Source: Ophelia neglecta (Eukaryota). Taken from it: 64,000 nt of DNA. This document shows, in pieces, positions 13,911 through 27,500 of this stretch. The stretch lies in contig OZ260661.1 in assembly GCA_965285935.1 (NCBI GenBank), positions 101,680,001 through 101,744,000 of the forward strand, given 5' to 3'. Position numbers and translations under genes: made by a program. The notes under the pieces were generated by a model, which did no database searches, was not told the origin of the DNA, and was given only the letters and a program-made list of their open reading frames with translations. How positions within the stretch are numbered: position 1 is the first letter of the stretch; each line of letters starts with the position of its first letter.

Positions 13911-16900
13911 TACCCATATATATATATCTGTATATACATCTTTTGTACTATAGGACACACAATAACTAGAAATATCATTAATTTTTTATTACCATTCTCA
14001 AAAAACACTTCGGCTGATACTTATTAAATAGCCAACATGAAATGCTGCATTAGATAAATCTTGCAGGATTTTTTTGGATAGTCTTCTTCCCAGATACTTA
14101 AAATATTTGTGAAGGGACTACACTTATGCACAAGTAAAAAGAAAAATGAAAATAAATAAAAAGGTATTGTATCACAGTACATAAATGTAAATCATCTCAT
14201 AAAGGACAGTATTATATTGTCAAAACTATCAGTGTCTGTCAAATACTGACAATAGTTTTATTAGACAGAAAAAAATTGATGATTTGAGACTTGTTTAATT
14301 TGCTGTAAATGTGATATATCTCATAATTTTTGGCATTTGACTTAAAAATTGCAAAAGAAAATGAATCATAAATGAGAAGAATCAAAGGGACCCACTCAAA
14401 GCAAGCTTAGTGAAACTAAGCAATAATTATACATTTCTCCAATGAAATAATGCTCGAATGGGGCGAAACTTGGAACTCAATTATCTCTATTAATCGGGAT
14501 TAATTGGATGCAATATCACAAATAAAGCAATTCGGACATATGTGTTTCTTTGATATAGATACAAAACAGGCGGCTACAACAAACTCTCCTAGGCCCTCTA
14601 CATTCTTAATTATTTGGGAAGGCACCATTCCTTTAAACCCCATGTAAACTCTCTCCTGTTTTGATCCTAATAATTGAAAGTAGTGGAAAGAATACCGTCA
14701 TGCTCAGAGGCAGCTGTGCAGGGTTATGTTGGTAAGGGTAATTTTCCTAGAAATAAATAGGTATATTTCCAGTTAACATTACTCTAATCTCATGAAAGAC
14801 GTAAGAAAGTTGCTCCCCCCCTCTCCTAACCCCCCCCCCCTACCTCCTAACCCCCCCCCCCCCTCTCCTTCACACACTTCTTACAAGACAAGACTAAACA
14901 AAAACACACACTTATATTTGCTGTCCCAATCATGTTGTTTCTCAAATTTATATCCCAGGGAGAACGGCGGGAAGTTTGTTTGCAGTGTTTCACATACTAA
15001 ACATGGAGATAATTATCAATATTTTACTTGTATATGTTTCCAAACTGGTAATCTGGAGGAATAGTTATTTTGCAAGGGCGACGCGACATCAGCCCAACTC
15101 AGATGAGATATGCTGTAGCGAATCAAGCGCCTGATAATGAAGACAGTCGCGATGTCTTACCCAATTTAGTTTTATTATGCTTACATTACCCACACTTATT
15201 CCCAAATCCGTTGGCGAATTTACTTTTTAAAGTTACTTGTTTTGTTTTGCAGTGTTCCCGGGCGAGAGTATGGCGATTATGTCTGGATGTATAAGTATAT
15301 AATTTATTAAAATGTGTTTGTGTCATCAGCCTTAATTACTTTCACCTAACCTATATTGTGCCCTCTTTTTATATATGTGTGTATTCATGTCCTTATTGTA
15401 GTTTGTAAATGAATTATGTGCTCTCCCTCGAGGAGGATAATAAAGTTTAAATTTATATAAAATTTATATAACACACAACCTCCCCTAAAATCAAAACGTA
15501 CAAGTCCACGGTGAACTTTTAGGAGCAATCTAAATGTCTTAGCTTATAGGGGGCTATTAATTCTCTCAAAGAACACTCATTCGCCTTATATTGAATCAAA
15601 AGAGATCTTTCAAATAGCACGAGTACCAAATATCTATTCAGCCTCTTATATATAACATTGTGGTATAAATTTCAGTCGACATCACGACTTGTGTAGGCTT
15701 ATATAATGTGATTTCGTAATAATCTGTAGATTGCTGTTTATCCTAACATATTGTCCTAAACACTTAGCCATGCTTTTAAAATGCAAATAGATACCACAAA
15801 ATGAATGATGCCGTCTCACTTTTGGGCAAGCCACACCAACGCCCTTATAGTCTAGCTATTAATTCGCATTTTAAGTTCATCGACAAAACTGCAAAGGCCA
15901 TGAATCAAAATACGAATTTCTCACTTTAGAAATGAAATGCGAAGAGATCTGATAACCCTATAGCCTCTCATAAAAGCAATTGCTGTTATTGTCGACTTCA
16001 GACTCATTATATAACATGTCAATTGATACTTATTTGAGACCTTTGACCTAATTATACGGGAAAAAGTTTGACGCGGCACCTTGGTGTTATCATATTGCTT
16101 AATAACAGAGTTAATACTGAACGTTGGGTCAAGAGAGCAATAAAAACTGAAGAATATTCTCAATTTTGATTTGGAAAAGAATGGCAATGTTTAATTTGCA
16201 TCCATTTTCTTTGTTGAATATGGTAAGCGATTTCAAATTCACATTATATTGGGTTTTGATCAATATTTTTGCGCTACCAAGTGACATAAATTTAGCACAC
16301 CATAGGGCTATAGACAAAGGGGTATAGTTTATCATGATGTACTTCTCAGTTTTTCTCGTTGTTGTCAACCGTTTACAAAAACAGCCATCTCACATTACAA
16401 ATATTGATATTAAAAGTTCTCCACACAGGGTTTTGAAAAACTGAAAATCTCGATCATTACTTCGACTAAAAGACATATTCAAGCGTCTTCAGGGTAATGA
16501 GAGACACGTGATGTGCTGGTAAACTGATCGGAGCAAAACGATCTGACATTAAGATTCTACAAAGTATGCAATGGTAATTTGTATTTCAATTGAGAGCACC
16601 ATACAATACAGTGGATAACAATTTGAACCTAAAGAACAAGCTATTCTGCAACTAGTTGCGGCAAATGGTTGGATGTACTAAAAAGAAAAAACACAAAAGC
16701 TCAATCGCAACTGTAAGCATTTCAAATAAAATTACGAATTAGAGAAACCCAAAATGTGTCAGCTTTATTTGTAATTGCGCGTGATTTTTTGTCACATACA
16801 GTATTTTGTCAATTGAAGCGCAAAGTTAATTGTTAGTCAAACACTGCAAATTACTGATTTTTTCAATGACCCATAGACGTCACACCCCTTACAGTCGGTC

Positions 16901-18231
16901 GATATGCAATGACATCATGTCATTTTGTGGAGAAAAGGCACTGATGTAACAAATTACATGGTGATTAAGTCCGTTTGGATAGCCCTGCTGCTTCTCATGC
17001 CTTACGGGGAGAAGTAGAAAACAGAATTTTTATAATGAAATCCCGCCGGTCAAGAGTGAAATACTAGATATAATTAGAGGGTAAACCTGCTTCGGACCCA
17101 CGGGATTGCCGCTGGACTTCTGTCATAAAGGGTTTTCTCAATCGGAAGTAAAAGGCCGCATGGGTGCGAACGAAAGGCGCTAATATTAACTTGACAAATA
17201 AAAGTAGTTCCCGGAGGCAATGATACAATGAGGCGAGTAACAACAGGTAGTTTGCCGGCTTAATCAATTTAGATAAGTGAAATCTATTCGTCGGTAACCA
17301 GATTCATCGGATTATGACAATAGAAGCTCCATTGATAAACAATCCTGTTTTCTTAGATTTTTTTATTATATCTCCGATTACGCTCATTTTGGGTGATTAA
17401 CATCACGGTAAATGACTGGTAACAGTGGTTTGTAATTAGAGAAGGGTCACAAGTGTAGTCATTAGGCTAATCTTTTTGGAGGTTTCCCACGAATTCAAAG
17501 TGGTTCAATCTGCAAAGTTGAAACCAAACTTGTAAACTTTTAATGTAGTTGCTTAAAATAAAACTAGATTTGTGTTCAATAATGTAAAATTCGCTATTTC
17601 CCGGTGTGTATTGCAGGAGGTTTCGCTATAGGACAATTGGTTTATGCCTATCATCTTTCGGTACTAGATGTTTAGGCCTGATCGCTAAAGTTAGCGTTTT
17701 AAATACACGATGTACAATAAACCTTTTCTCGCGGTCTTGATTGTTTTGTTCACGAGAAAATTCCTCTGTTTACTTCCAACGCTGCCTACCAACAAGGAGG
17801 CTGATTTTTTCGTTTTTTTTTCAAGGATTTAAAGGGCCACATTAGACTTTCTACACTTTGCAGATATTGTTAAGTGTCAACAAAAAATACTTGATGCGTG
17901 TCAAGTGTGAAAACTATCAAACTAAAATTGATGTTAAAAATAATTTGTCTTTTGTGCAAACTCATTGTCACTATATACAAGTCGTGAGACTTGATATTAT
18001 AAGGGTATGCTTTAAACTTTAATTACATGTCAATTACTTGTAAACGGCAAAGAGAATATACTATAGGATATATGTCTTTACATGGCATTTTAATAAATTC
18101 TCAGGCAGGACTTTTTGCCGATTTCAAATGCCCATTTTCTGCGTTTTCATTTCAGTAGGCAGCCAGGAGAGCCACATGTAGGTGCTAGCAGCCTCCAATA
18201 GAGATGACAGCGAGCCCGAAGGCGAACACTG

Positions 18232-18336
18232 GCTCCGCCCAACCAATGTTATTGGTCGACCGCGCAGCACCTGCCCTAGCACTCCACGCAGGACAGTCAG
18301 TCTCCGTTTACTGAGTCATAAACTGTTCATATAAAC
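18232..18336 (+). promoter_or_regulatory. Candidate core promoter of Msxlx
   Basis: GC box (ctccgccc ~18233), CCAAT (18243), ATTGG (18251), TGAGTCA (18312) and TATAAA (18330) occur in canonical order just upstream of exon 1. Confidence 0.45.
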
Positions 18337-18467
18337 TCTTGATTTTGATGGGCAAATTCACTTTCGATGTTGCAAACCAACCAGAAAGAAATCAGTCGTT
18401 GCCATATGTGAAGCTCCGATGGTCAGCCGAGGGACGCCAGTTGCTGCGAGGTGGCATCCATTGTACC

Positions 18468-21400
18468 ATGTTGTCGCCTGTTTATAGAGACGAGTGTCTG
18501 TTTTATGCCGTTTTACCGAGCCGAGACTCCCAGCAGAGCAGACAAATCGGTGTGTTTTTTCCGCCAGCAGGCCTAGCAGCTCGTGGCGCATATTCGAGCG
18601 GAGTAAATTCCGTTCACCGACCCCCTGTGGGACCTCGTTGGACACCAAATCACCCTCCTATGATGTCGTCACCCACCACTAGTACAAGAACCATGAGCCC
18701 CTCCGACTCATCGTGCTGCGAGGAAACACCATCCCCAAGCGTCGAAACTAACAGGGCAAACTCACCAAAAGTACCACTGGACAACAATTCTCGCCAATCT
18801 CAGCCAAATAGTGCAATCAAGTTCTCGATAGACAGTATTCTCGGGCGACCAGATCCCGTGAGACACGGAGATGACAGTGGCTCGGATAAGGCCGACGATG
18901 CCTCGGACATCTTAGTCAACGTGCATGACTTTTCGTCGGACGAGATGAAAGAGCACGAAGAATCGAGAGCAGCATCAAACGTGTCCAAAGACTCTCAAGA
19001 GATTGACTGTTACGCCAGCGAACGCTATTCCTGGCTTCAATGCACGAGATATAAACCTCCCAAATTACCAAGTACGTATTATTATTCATTCTTCCATAGT
19101 ATATATTCCTCACGTTTTGTTTTTACATTATATCTTTTTCTCATTAAAAAGGAGGGAAGGCTATCTCCCTGATTTAATACTCCTTTTGATATCTATCCAC
19201 ATAGTCAACCTGATGCACAAATGCCCCTATTTTTTGTCGTAGTTTTTAGTAAAATGCAAACATTGTTTTACGTTTTATTCGGATGATATCATCAGCCTTA
19301 GCCAGGCAAAAATGTTCAAGTCATATATTTTATAAGCCCTCGCCTTTTGTTACTTTGAGGCACATTTTTTTTAATCTTTTGAATAACATTCACTTGACAA
19401 TGTATATGTATTACGTTTTGTAGATAACATCTTAAGGCATCTTTGAGGTTATTAAGGAAACTTTTTAATTGGAATAAGCCTTCTGCCCTTTCCTCATATT
19501 GGGACGTGCATTATAGGCTAATTATTTGCATTCTCAGTTGTATCAGTTCGGCTGTGAATTGGTCCATTTGGGGGGAGGGGGGGGGGGTTCTCAGTAACGT
19601 TATAAACCAGATAACTCTTAATATATAGGAGAGCTATTCCATTTGAAGCAGAAAACTATAAGTTGGCTCAAACTAAAAGGAACTTCATAGTTTGCATTCA
19701 GGAGACTCCGCATTGTTTTATCCTTCTTTAATTCAGTTATTTCTTGTCACAATAAGATTTATATTGTTGACAAGTATAATGTAAGACAATAAAACTTTGT
19801 TAAAGGTAATTACTAACCGCATAGCCTCTCTACTGAGAGTAAAATACGCCTAAATACATACCATTTTAATTGCTTAGATAGCGATTTCCATGAAATGAAC
19901 ATGGGAGGATTCTCCTTTTGTGCGCTTATATCAATGGACACGATCTGAACCTCTCTTTAAAAGAGGAAGAATTGTGACCTTACCAAGTATTGGTACTTTT
20001 TCATTAAAACACATGGAGAAGACAAAGTTATAGAGGTTAAACCCATTTAGGAAACCATTAGGCCTATATGAGTTCCCCGCTATTAGACGATTGTTTCCAC
20101 TGAGAAGTAAGACCCTCGGGATGAGATGAATTATTCCACTAGCTATGGCGCTAGGCAGATGACTTAACTTAAAGGCTTATTTATTCAAACTAAAGTCGGG
20201 TCAAGACTGAATACCTTCTTATATATAATTATAATCGGGTCACAGTGATTGATTCAAAACATGTTAAGGGTCATGTCAATTTAAGAAACAAAATATTGGC
20301 ACTTGCACGTAGTTTATAGAGCTTTATATAATATCACGTCCATGCTACATCATCTAACGCAGTGCCCTATACTTGTAAAATACCTGAATACATGTTGTAT
20401 TTACACATAAGCACTTACTAAAATAGCAAAGAAGGTCTTGAAGAATAGTATAAAATGATGCAAACCATCTATTAAGGAACTTAAACAGGTTTATTTTGCC
20501 AAAAATGCAAATATCATTCTTACATTCGAATAGGACAGAAATTTAACATACCGTGTTTTTTTTTCAATTAATTTTAGGGTCTAAGAAAAAGGAGGGAGTG
20601 AAGAAGCGTAAGCTAGGGCGAAACCCCCGCGTCCCATTTACCCAGCACCAAGTCAATGTTTTAGAACAGAAATTTCGACAGACACACTATCTCAGCTCTG
20701 TCGATGTGGCCGAGCTGTCGGCGGCCCTCAATCTCACGGAAACCAGGGTGAGTTCTTGTTTTGAAACTTGTCAATATATGTAGATATTCTGAGTATAAAT
20801 CACAGGCTATTTACTGCTGACCTGTTTAATTGAACTTAGTTATTTAATTTGCTATACCCCAAAAAGGATTTTCGTTGATGCACTGTCGCAAATTTATTAT
20901 CATAATTAGAAATCAGTGCTTTCGCAAACTTATTATGGTTAGATTACCTGATGCCTACAAGCTAACATCCATCTTTATCTATGGTCAATCTCAGGTTAGC
21001 CTATATCATTTTACATGGCCTAGATTGGGCTTTTAAGTTTTAACCTTGGTTTATGTTTAACAAAGGGCCATGGAAGCATTAATTAAAACTATAATTGATA
21101 ATCAAAGAAAGTTCAGTTAATAAAATTTGTGTCTCTATAAGCCGTAGACTTATGATTTTTCCTCTGTTCGGCAGGTAAAGATCTGGTTTCAGAACCGGCG
21201 AGCTCGAGAACGACGGGACCGAGAGCAGCCCTCAGCCGAACGCGAACAATCGTCTGGAGGCGAGGGTGGCAAGCCCGGGAAGGCAGTGTCAAGCGGCCTT
21301 AACACACCCACCGGCCACTGTGATGTCATGAGCCTGGCTGCCGGGCTGCCTGGTATGCCGTGTTTGCCCGGGGGAGCCGCGGGGATGATTCACTGGCCAA

Positions 21401-21501
21401 GTCCGGCCCTGCCCCGGCCCTCAGCCCTAGCACACTTCTCGGCAGCCTACAACCACCGGCCGTCTGCCTTCACTCCCCTCACCTATCTCGGGTATCGCTG
21501 A
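18468..21501 (+). CDS. Msxlx: Msx-like (Msxlx) ANTP/NK-class homeobox transcription factor, 3 coding exons: ~18468-19071, 20578-20747, 21175-21501
   Basis: Splices CCAA|gtacgt (19072), ttttag|GG (20578), AGG|gtgagt (20748) and ggcag|GTA (21175) keep the frame. They give the homeodomain GRNPRVPFTQHQVNVLEQKFRQTHYLSSVDVAELSAALNLTETR|VKIWFQNRRARERR, with an intron between HD codons 44 and 45. Exon 1 has an eh1 motif (KFSIDSILG) and the peptide YSWLQCTRYKPPKLPR. The start codon is uncertain (18468 accATG; alternatives 18348, 18660). Confidence 0.88.
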
Positions 21502-24500
21502 CCAGCCCCAAACAAGGATCGCCTACTCCAAAAACTCAACAATTCGGACTTAGAGGCATTCACTATGCGGCACTTACTAAGACAGGACTGAAAATGAGAT
21601 GCTGTTAGTCAACTGAATGGTTTTTTTCAAATAAATTATTAATGAAACCAAGATGAGAACTTGCCCATAAACTGTGCGCTATTTTGCAATAAAGAGGCAC
21701 GCGCTGCCTGCCATTAAGGATGACTTTATACACACGAGACTATAAACCTATCAATTGGACTTTTTGGTTTAATTTGACTCTCAAGGGCGCAATCATGCCT
21801 AATATTGTCCGAGACAGAATAATCTAAAGGTGCTTCGATTGCTTCAAGGTTAGTACATATGGGGTTGTACGTCTGTTGGAAATCGTAAATTTAGTATTTA
21901 TTATAATTAACTTTTGTTGTTTATGTTAAATATCTATGTCCATTAAAACAAATTTGTGTTTGTAAATAATATAATGTCAAAGGTTCATGCCTGATATAGT
22001 AAATTGTTTGCATTATATATATCGCCAATTGACGTGCCCGCCGTGTACAATGTACATTGGTCAGCCGGTGTATATACCCTTAATGTCAATCTTTTGATAT
22101 TAAATCTGGTCTCCTGTATATGAAAGTAATATTATTTATAGCGCTCTATGATGATTGACCTACTGGTTTTCGATTAAAAGATTGAGAAAAACAACACATA
22201 AGTCAGGCAGGCTCATTCTGCTGTAGATATAGCTGTGTTCTTACGATGAAACAATGGCGGTAACAAGTCACTTTGACACGTCTGCTGTAAGAAATAGGCC
22301 TACCAAATTTTCACTCGTCCTTTGGAGAAAGAATCCTACTCACTTCTTGGAAATTGCCACACAATTTCATACAGAGGGCCTGCATATATGTGTGAAAAAC
22401 AATCGTAGGGTCCCCGCATATTTGACCAAGCGGAATAGGTCATGAACGACAGTTCATTTGTTCTATGTGATTTATTTTCTTCAACCAAAGCAAATAAAAG
22501 ATATTTAAATATAAACAGAGTCGTCGCTATACTCAAAAAGACCCATTTAACTCAAGTAAATGGGTAACATGTTGTTTATTTTGATCGCGCTGATTATGTC
22601 AATAATGCCGATGAGGGAACTCATTCGGATTGAAAATCAAAATTGGAAATGGCCACTTGGGCAATGTGTACCTAAATCTGAAATACACTGAAGAGGGGAG
22701 GTGTTAGAATGTGTGTCTTAATGAAAGCACACAAGCTGTTAAGATAAAACTATAATCAAATATAAAAGGTTCAACAAGCATGCCTCTTTCTATCATCGCG
22801 AGGAGCCTGCCTTAACTGTAAATTGGTTTGCAGCTAACTTGGTGACTGCATGTATACATCATTTTAAAGTGAACATTAGATAGCATGTATACAACAAGAA
22901 ATGTGCACCGGCAATTTTTATCTACGGGCGTGCACAATAATGAAATGTTACATATTGTGGCACATGTTTGCTGATTAATGCCGCGGATTGACAACAAATA
23001 TAGAGAATAGATATCGAGAATCATGATTGTAATCGTCATCAAGCACAATGAGACAGGCCTGTAATAATACGAGACTTAGTTTAGTCCATTGGTCCCAGTA
23101 ACATATATACATGCGCATGCCATGCAGACGCAAGTCTATATAGCATATCTGAAGATATGTTAGTATCATTGTGTGTTTCATTTGACTGTGAATGTTACGC
23201 TGGATGCTAGTCTGGGTGTTGAAGGTCCTACACGTTGAAAGAGCTTTTACCTAAGAGTGAATTTACTTGTTGCAGTAAGTAAAGTCACAAACCAAAGCTA
23301 TCTGTCACCATTTACTCATCTGTATCAAGGTAGGCCTACGCGTGGTTTACCACACGGGGCTTCCAGTCTCTCTGCCTGGTCGGAATACCTCAAAACTATA
23401 TGACTGTTCATCCTGGAAATTGGGGGTAAAAATGAAGTTTTCGAGGTTGTTGCTGATAAATTGTCCTTTTGTCGCGGAGTAGCAATATTAATAGTTTTGT
23501 ATTTTTTCTGAACCGTCTGTCCGCGACTCTTGGGGCCAGCCATCCGGGCAATAACCTCCGAATATTAAAGGTGGGCCGCGTGTTTGTAGGTCTTCATTGA
23601 TACTGTACATACGCCCATCGAAAGCTTCTTTTCTGGAGTTTTGGCTGGGCCCCTTGAACAGGTATCGAATGGACATGTCTGAGAAATATAACCCTGTCTT
23701 ATTAGTCACTGTACTTGTGTTTTTTTTTTATGAAAGGTGATTGTACGCATTGCCGTGCAAGCTTTGTTGTAGAAACGAGGCGTTCTAGCTCATACGTAGG
23801 CCTATATTATCAAGTTTTAATACCATACTACCCGGGCTTGTTGCCAATACATTAGAAGCTCAATTCCGGAAAAGATCAGCCATCATTTTGTAGCTATTGC
23901 TGTTACGTAAAACCTAATATTATTCATGCTCCATTCATTGTAAACAGTGTTGTCATTAACCATAATTATAATCCCTGCTCCCCTCACACAATTATACCAC
24001 GCCTACCAAGAGACTATACGGTAAGAACCTAACTTGGATGTCGGGTAGAATCTCATATCATCGTCCACGGAGATGGTGGGGACAATTTAATTAATCAGGT
24101 TTAGATTAATGTCGACCCCGCCCCTGTCAGAGAGCACTGGTCACTTACCTCCCCGCCCATCATTGACGACTCTTTAATATACACCTCTTAGACACAAGCA
24201 CACCAACCACTTGAATGGCATCAGGACAATGCACTCGGGACCATGGCGTGTTCTTCCTGAAGCCATTAGCAAATATATTCAGCTATTATTGACGTAAATT
24301 GTCAGCAATTGTAATAGTATGTTTGCGACACTATAGTGTCGTAAGCCAAATTGCATGTCTTTTAGTCATGTGCAACTTGGAATTTCCTAATGACCAATTT
24401 TTATGCAATAAAGGTCTAGAATTCGCACATTAGGTTAAAGTTAGGAACGTACACCCATAACACTAAACATGCTATTTACAGTGACTATACCATTGAGCTA

Positions 24501-27500
24501 AACACTATTTATTTTAGACATGAAGACGATTTCAACGGTTATTTACTATTTTGTATGTATATAAACCTGAAACCGTTCGGCAAATTCACCCCTCCCAGGA
24601 ACATTGGACGCTACCTTCTAGTGAAAAAGCCAGCAGAATTAACGATCAATTAAACCCAGGTGATCAAACTTTAATGTGACTTGGTAGTTGAGCTCACTAG
24701 CCATTGACTCTTGTTGGCTACTATACATCCATATAAAACTAGTGGAGCATCATGCCATCATCAGCGTCAAGGACGGACAACCTCTTTATGTGGCCTGGAC
24801 CTGCATGCGGGTACATTTAGTCCAAATATACTGTTACTTACATCAAAAGTAGTCTCTCTTAAACATTTTCGATTCTCAATTATCAAGGCTGGTGAATTTC
24901 AACCTTACTGCTTTCCCACATTAATAGCGCATTTAACATGTGTTGAGCACGAAGAAAGCTCTGAACCGACACCTGGGAACCATTTCCCTGCGTTTGTTTT
25001 TAACTTGTTGAAGACTCTTCGCAGGTGCTCTGCCACCGCTCTCCCCTGAGTGTCCAACCTTGTCTCTACAGGCGATCGCTGTCTACAATGTTCGTGAATA
25101 AAATACTGTGGCGTTGCCCTCTGACAGGAAACAACCGCCCGCATCTACAGAGCAAGAAATCCAGTATATATTATAGCTACATGCTTTATAAAGTGGAATT
25201 AAATAATTATAACCAACCCGCAATCATTTACGTGCCTATATGAATTAAGATTATATTAGATGACACAGGCATACGTAATTTCTATACATTTAGTTTCGTA
25301 TAAAAAAGACGTATCAAACGGTTTGTATGAATGCTTGTTCTAAAACTAGTTAGGGATAGGAAGCTATTTCCGAACGGTTTTCATATATACAGGCGCTTAT
25401 CATTATGATTTTACACATATTTGATTGATTACCCGAGATCGAATGTCTGCTTCGGGACAATAGCTTTTGGGTCGAAGAAAAACTACAAAGGGAAAAAGTT
25501 GCGTGGAAATGTTTGAAAAAAAGGCGGCATTTGTCCTCCATGAGGGAGGTCGGATATGCAAGCTGATGATATAGGTTACACACAAAAGGGTTGGAAATGT
25601 TATCACTTAAAAAAATGAAAAAGTCTTATGAATTTACCAAGGAACGTTATGATATTCATATTACAGTGTCAGTTCAGCCATGTGTATTTTTTTTAGCAAG
25701 TGCAAAAGACAACAGCTATATGTGAGAGCGCACATAAGACAGCGTGAAAACGCTTAACTGGCCGATCAATTCCTTCTAATTATTTTCGTACACACATCGG
25801 CTAAATTAAAATAATATCATGTTGATAAGATTCAACGGATGATGTTTCAGAGATAGAACCAACGTATTCGATTTTTTTTGTTAGAAGGCCACTGGCTGAA
25901 TCTTACAAGGGGATATTCGGAGACATTCATAGAGCAAGCATCAAAATATTATAATTATAGCCCATAGCAAATTTCATTTTGTAATTTTGAACCAAATAAG
26001 GAGATAATGCCCGGGCATATTCGTCAAAATAGACAGCCCAGGAATAATTTCTTTGTATTGGGAGTTTCCGGTAGGGCACTTTGAAAGTTGGATGTGGTAC
26101 CTTTTATGTTTTATTTGATTTATGCAATAGGCACATCATATTGGCATGATATTTATCGAAAGCATTCATCATCATGAATGTGTCAGGTCCAGTCAATTGT
26201 CCGCATTTTGATTATTTTGTCACCTGGACTGACATTCGTTCAATGCGGGCTCTTGCAAAGGGTTTGCAATTAATTAATTTATGGACTGAAAAGGTAAATT
26301 GATAATAAATAAATGTGTCCACCACTGTACACGTTGATAATCGGATCAGAATGGCGTGACTGGCCAGTTGATGTTATGCAGGCACGAAAAGTGGGTGTCG
26401 TCTGCTTGAAACTGTGAAATCTGGCAGCTGTGATGCGTTATATCACGTTAACATCGTCTCGCGCGAGATTAAAATGTACGTCCACTCCCTTTTTCGATCC
26501 CCTCTGTAACGCGACAGATGACGATTCCATTGCTGTTCATTAACGGATTCATTTCACTGTATAAATAAATTTCTTACTTCATTTAATACGTATACAATCA
26601 ACGCCTCTACATAATGTCTACCTCATGTCTGACTCTTTCATCGGAGAATCTAGAGAGGTTCATTTCATTGAGTGTCTGCCATTCTGTCTTTCTCCCACAG
26701 GGCAGTGATTCCTGACCAATCCTGCTGAGATGAAATGGATTCGACAAGATTGTCTTTTGATGAGAGCGTACCTCGGTTAGGGATGTGCGGTGATACAACA
26801 CCTTATCGCCTATCAAATTACTAAATTGCGCTTTCAATAGTATACTTAACGTGTAGATCAACTCATTTTGATATAAACCACTCGAGGTTGCTTTGAATGC
26901 ACCTTTATTGAATAGCGGCATGGGCATTTAATACTACCTGACAGATAGTTACCTGTTCATTGCGCGGTGATGAGCTTATTTTTACAAAAAATAATAATAT
27001 TACACTTAATTGCACAGGGTGAAAATGAATTGTAACCGATAGTCTTTGAAGTGACCGCGCAGTGGGATCTTGGCAAGTCAAGTTTTCTCCTTGCTACTAC
27101 AGATATCTGTGAAAGAGTGTTATATGTCAAAGAAAAACAGACAACATAGAATGATGCAAATAAATTACCGCTTTTATGTCAATGAATGAATGAAAGGCAT
27201 TTATTTGATGGATAAAATTAAAGTATGTGGAATACATTAGGCCCATTTAATACATTGTCAGCCTTATATAGAATAATGGATATTGATATATCAACATCAC
27301 AACTTTTTATGTTAAGTCATATGGAATTATTCTATGTGGCAATTTTCCTCTGTCACGCAATTTTCAAATTAGAAAAAAACAAAGCCAAATTAAACCTACA
27401 AATGCCTAGGGCTATAACCTTTAAAACATTTATATAATTGAAATTTAACGAGGAAATTAGTGCAATATATATTTATCTCTCCGTCTTAGACAGTTGAAAA

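Noticed and set aside
18339-19172. 277-aa ORF as a standalone gene
   Set aside because: It is Msxlx exon 1 plus read-through into intron 1 past the donor at 19072.
23325-23709. Overlapping minus-strand ORFs as exons of a hidden gene
   Set aside because: No recognisable domain and no convincing splice acceptor.
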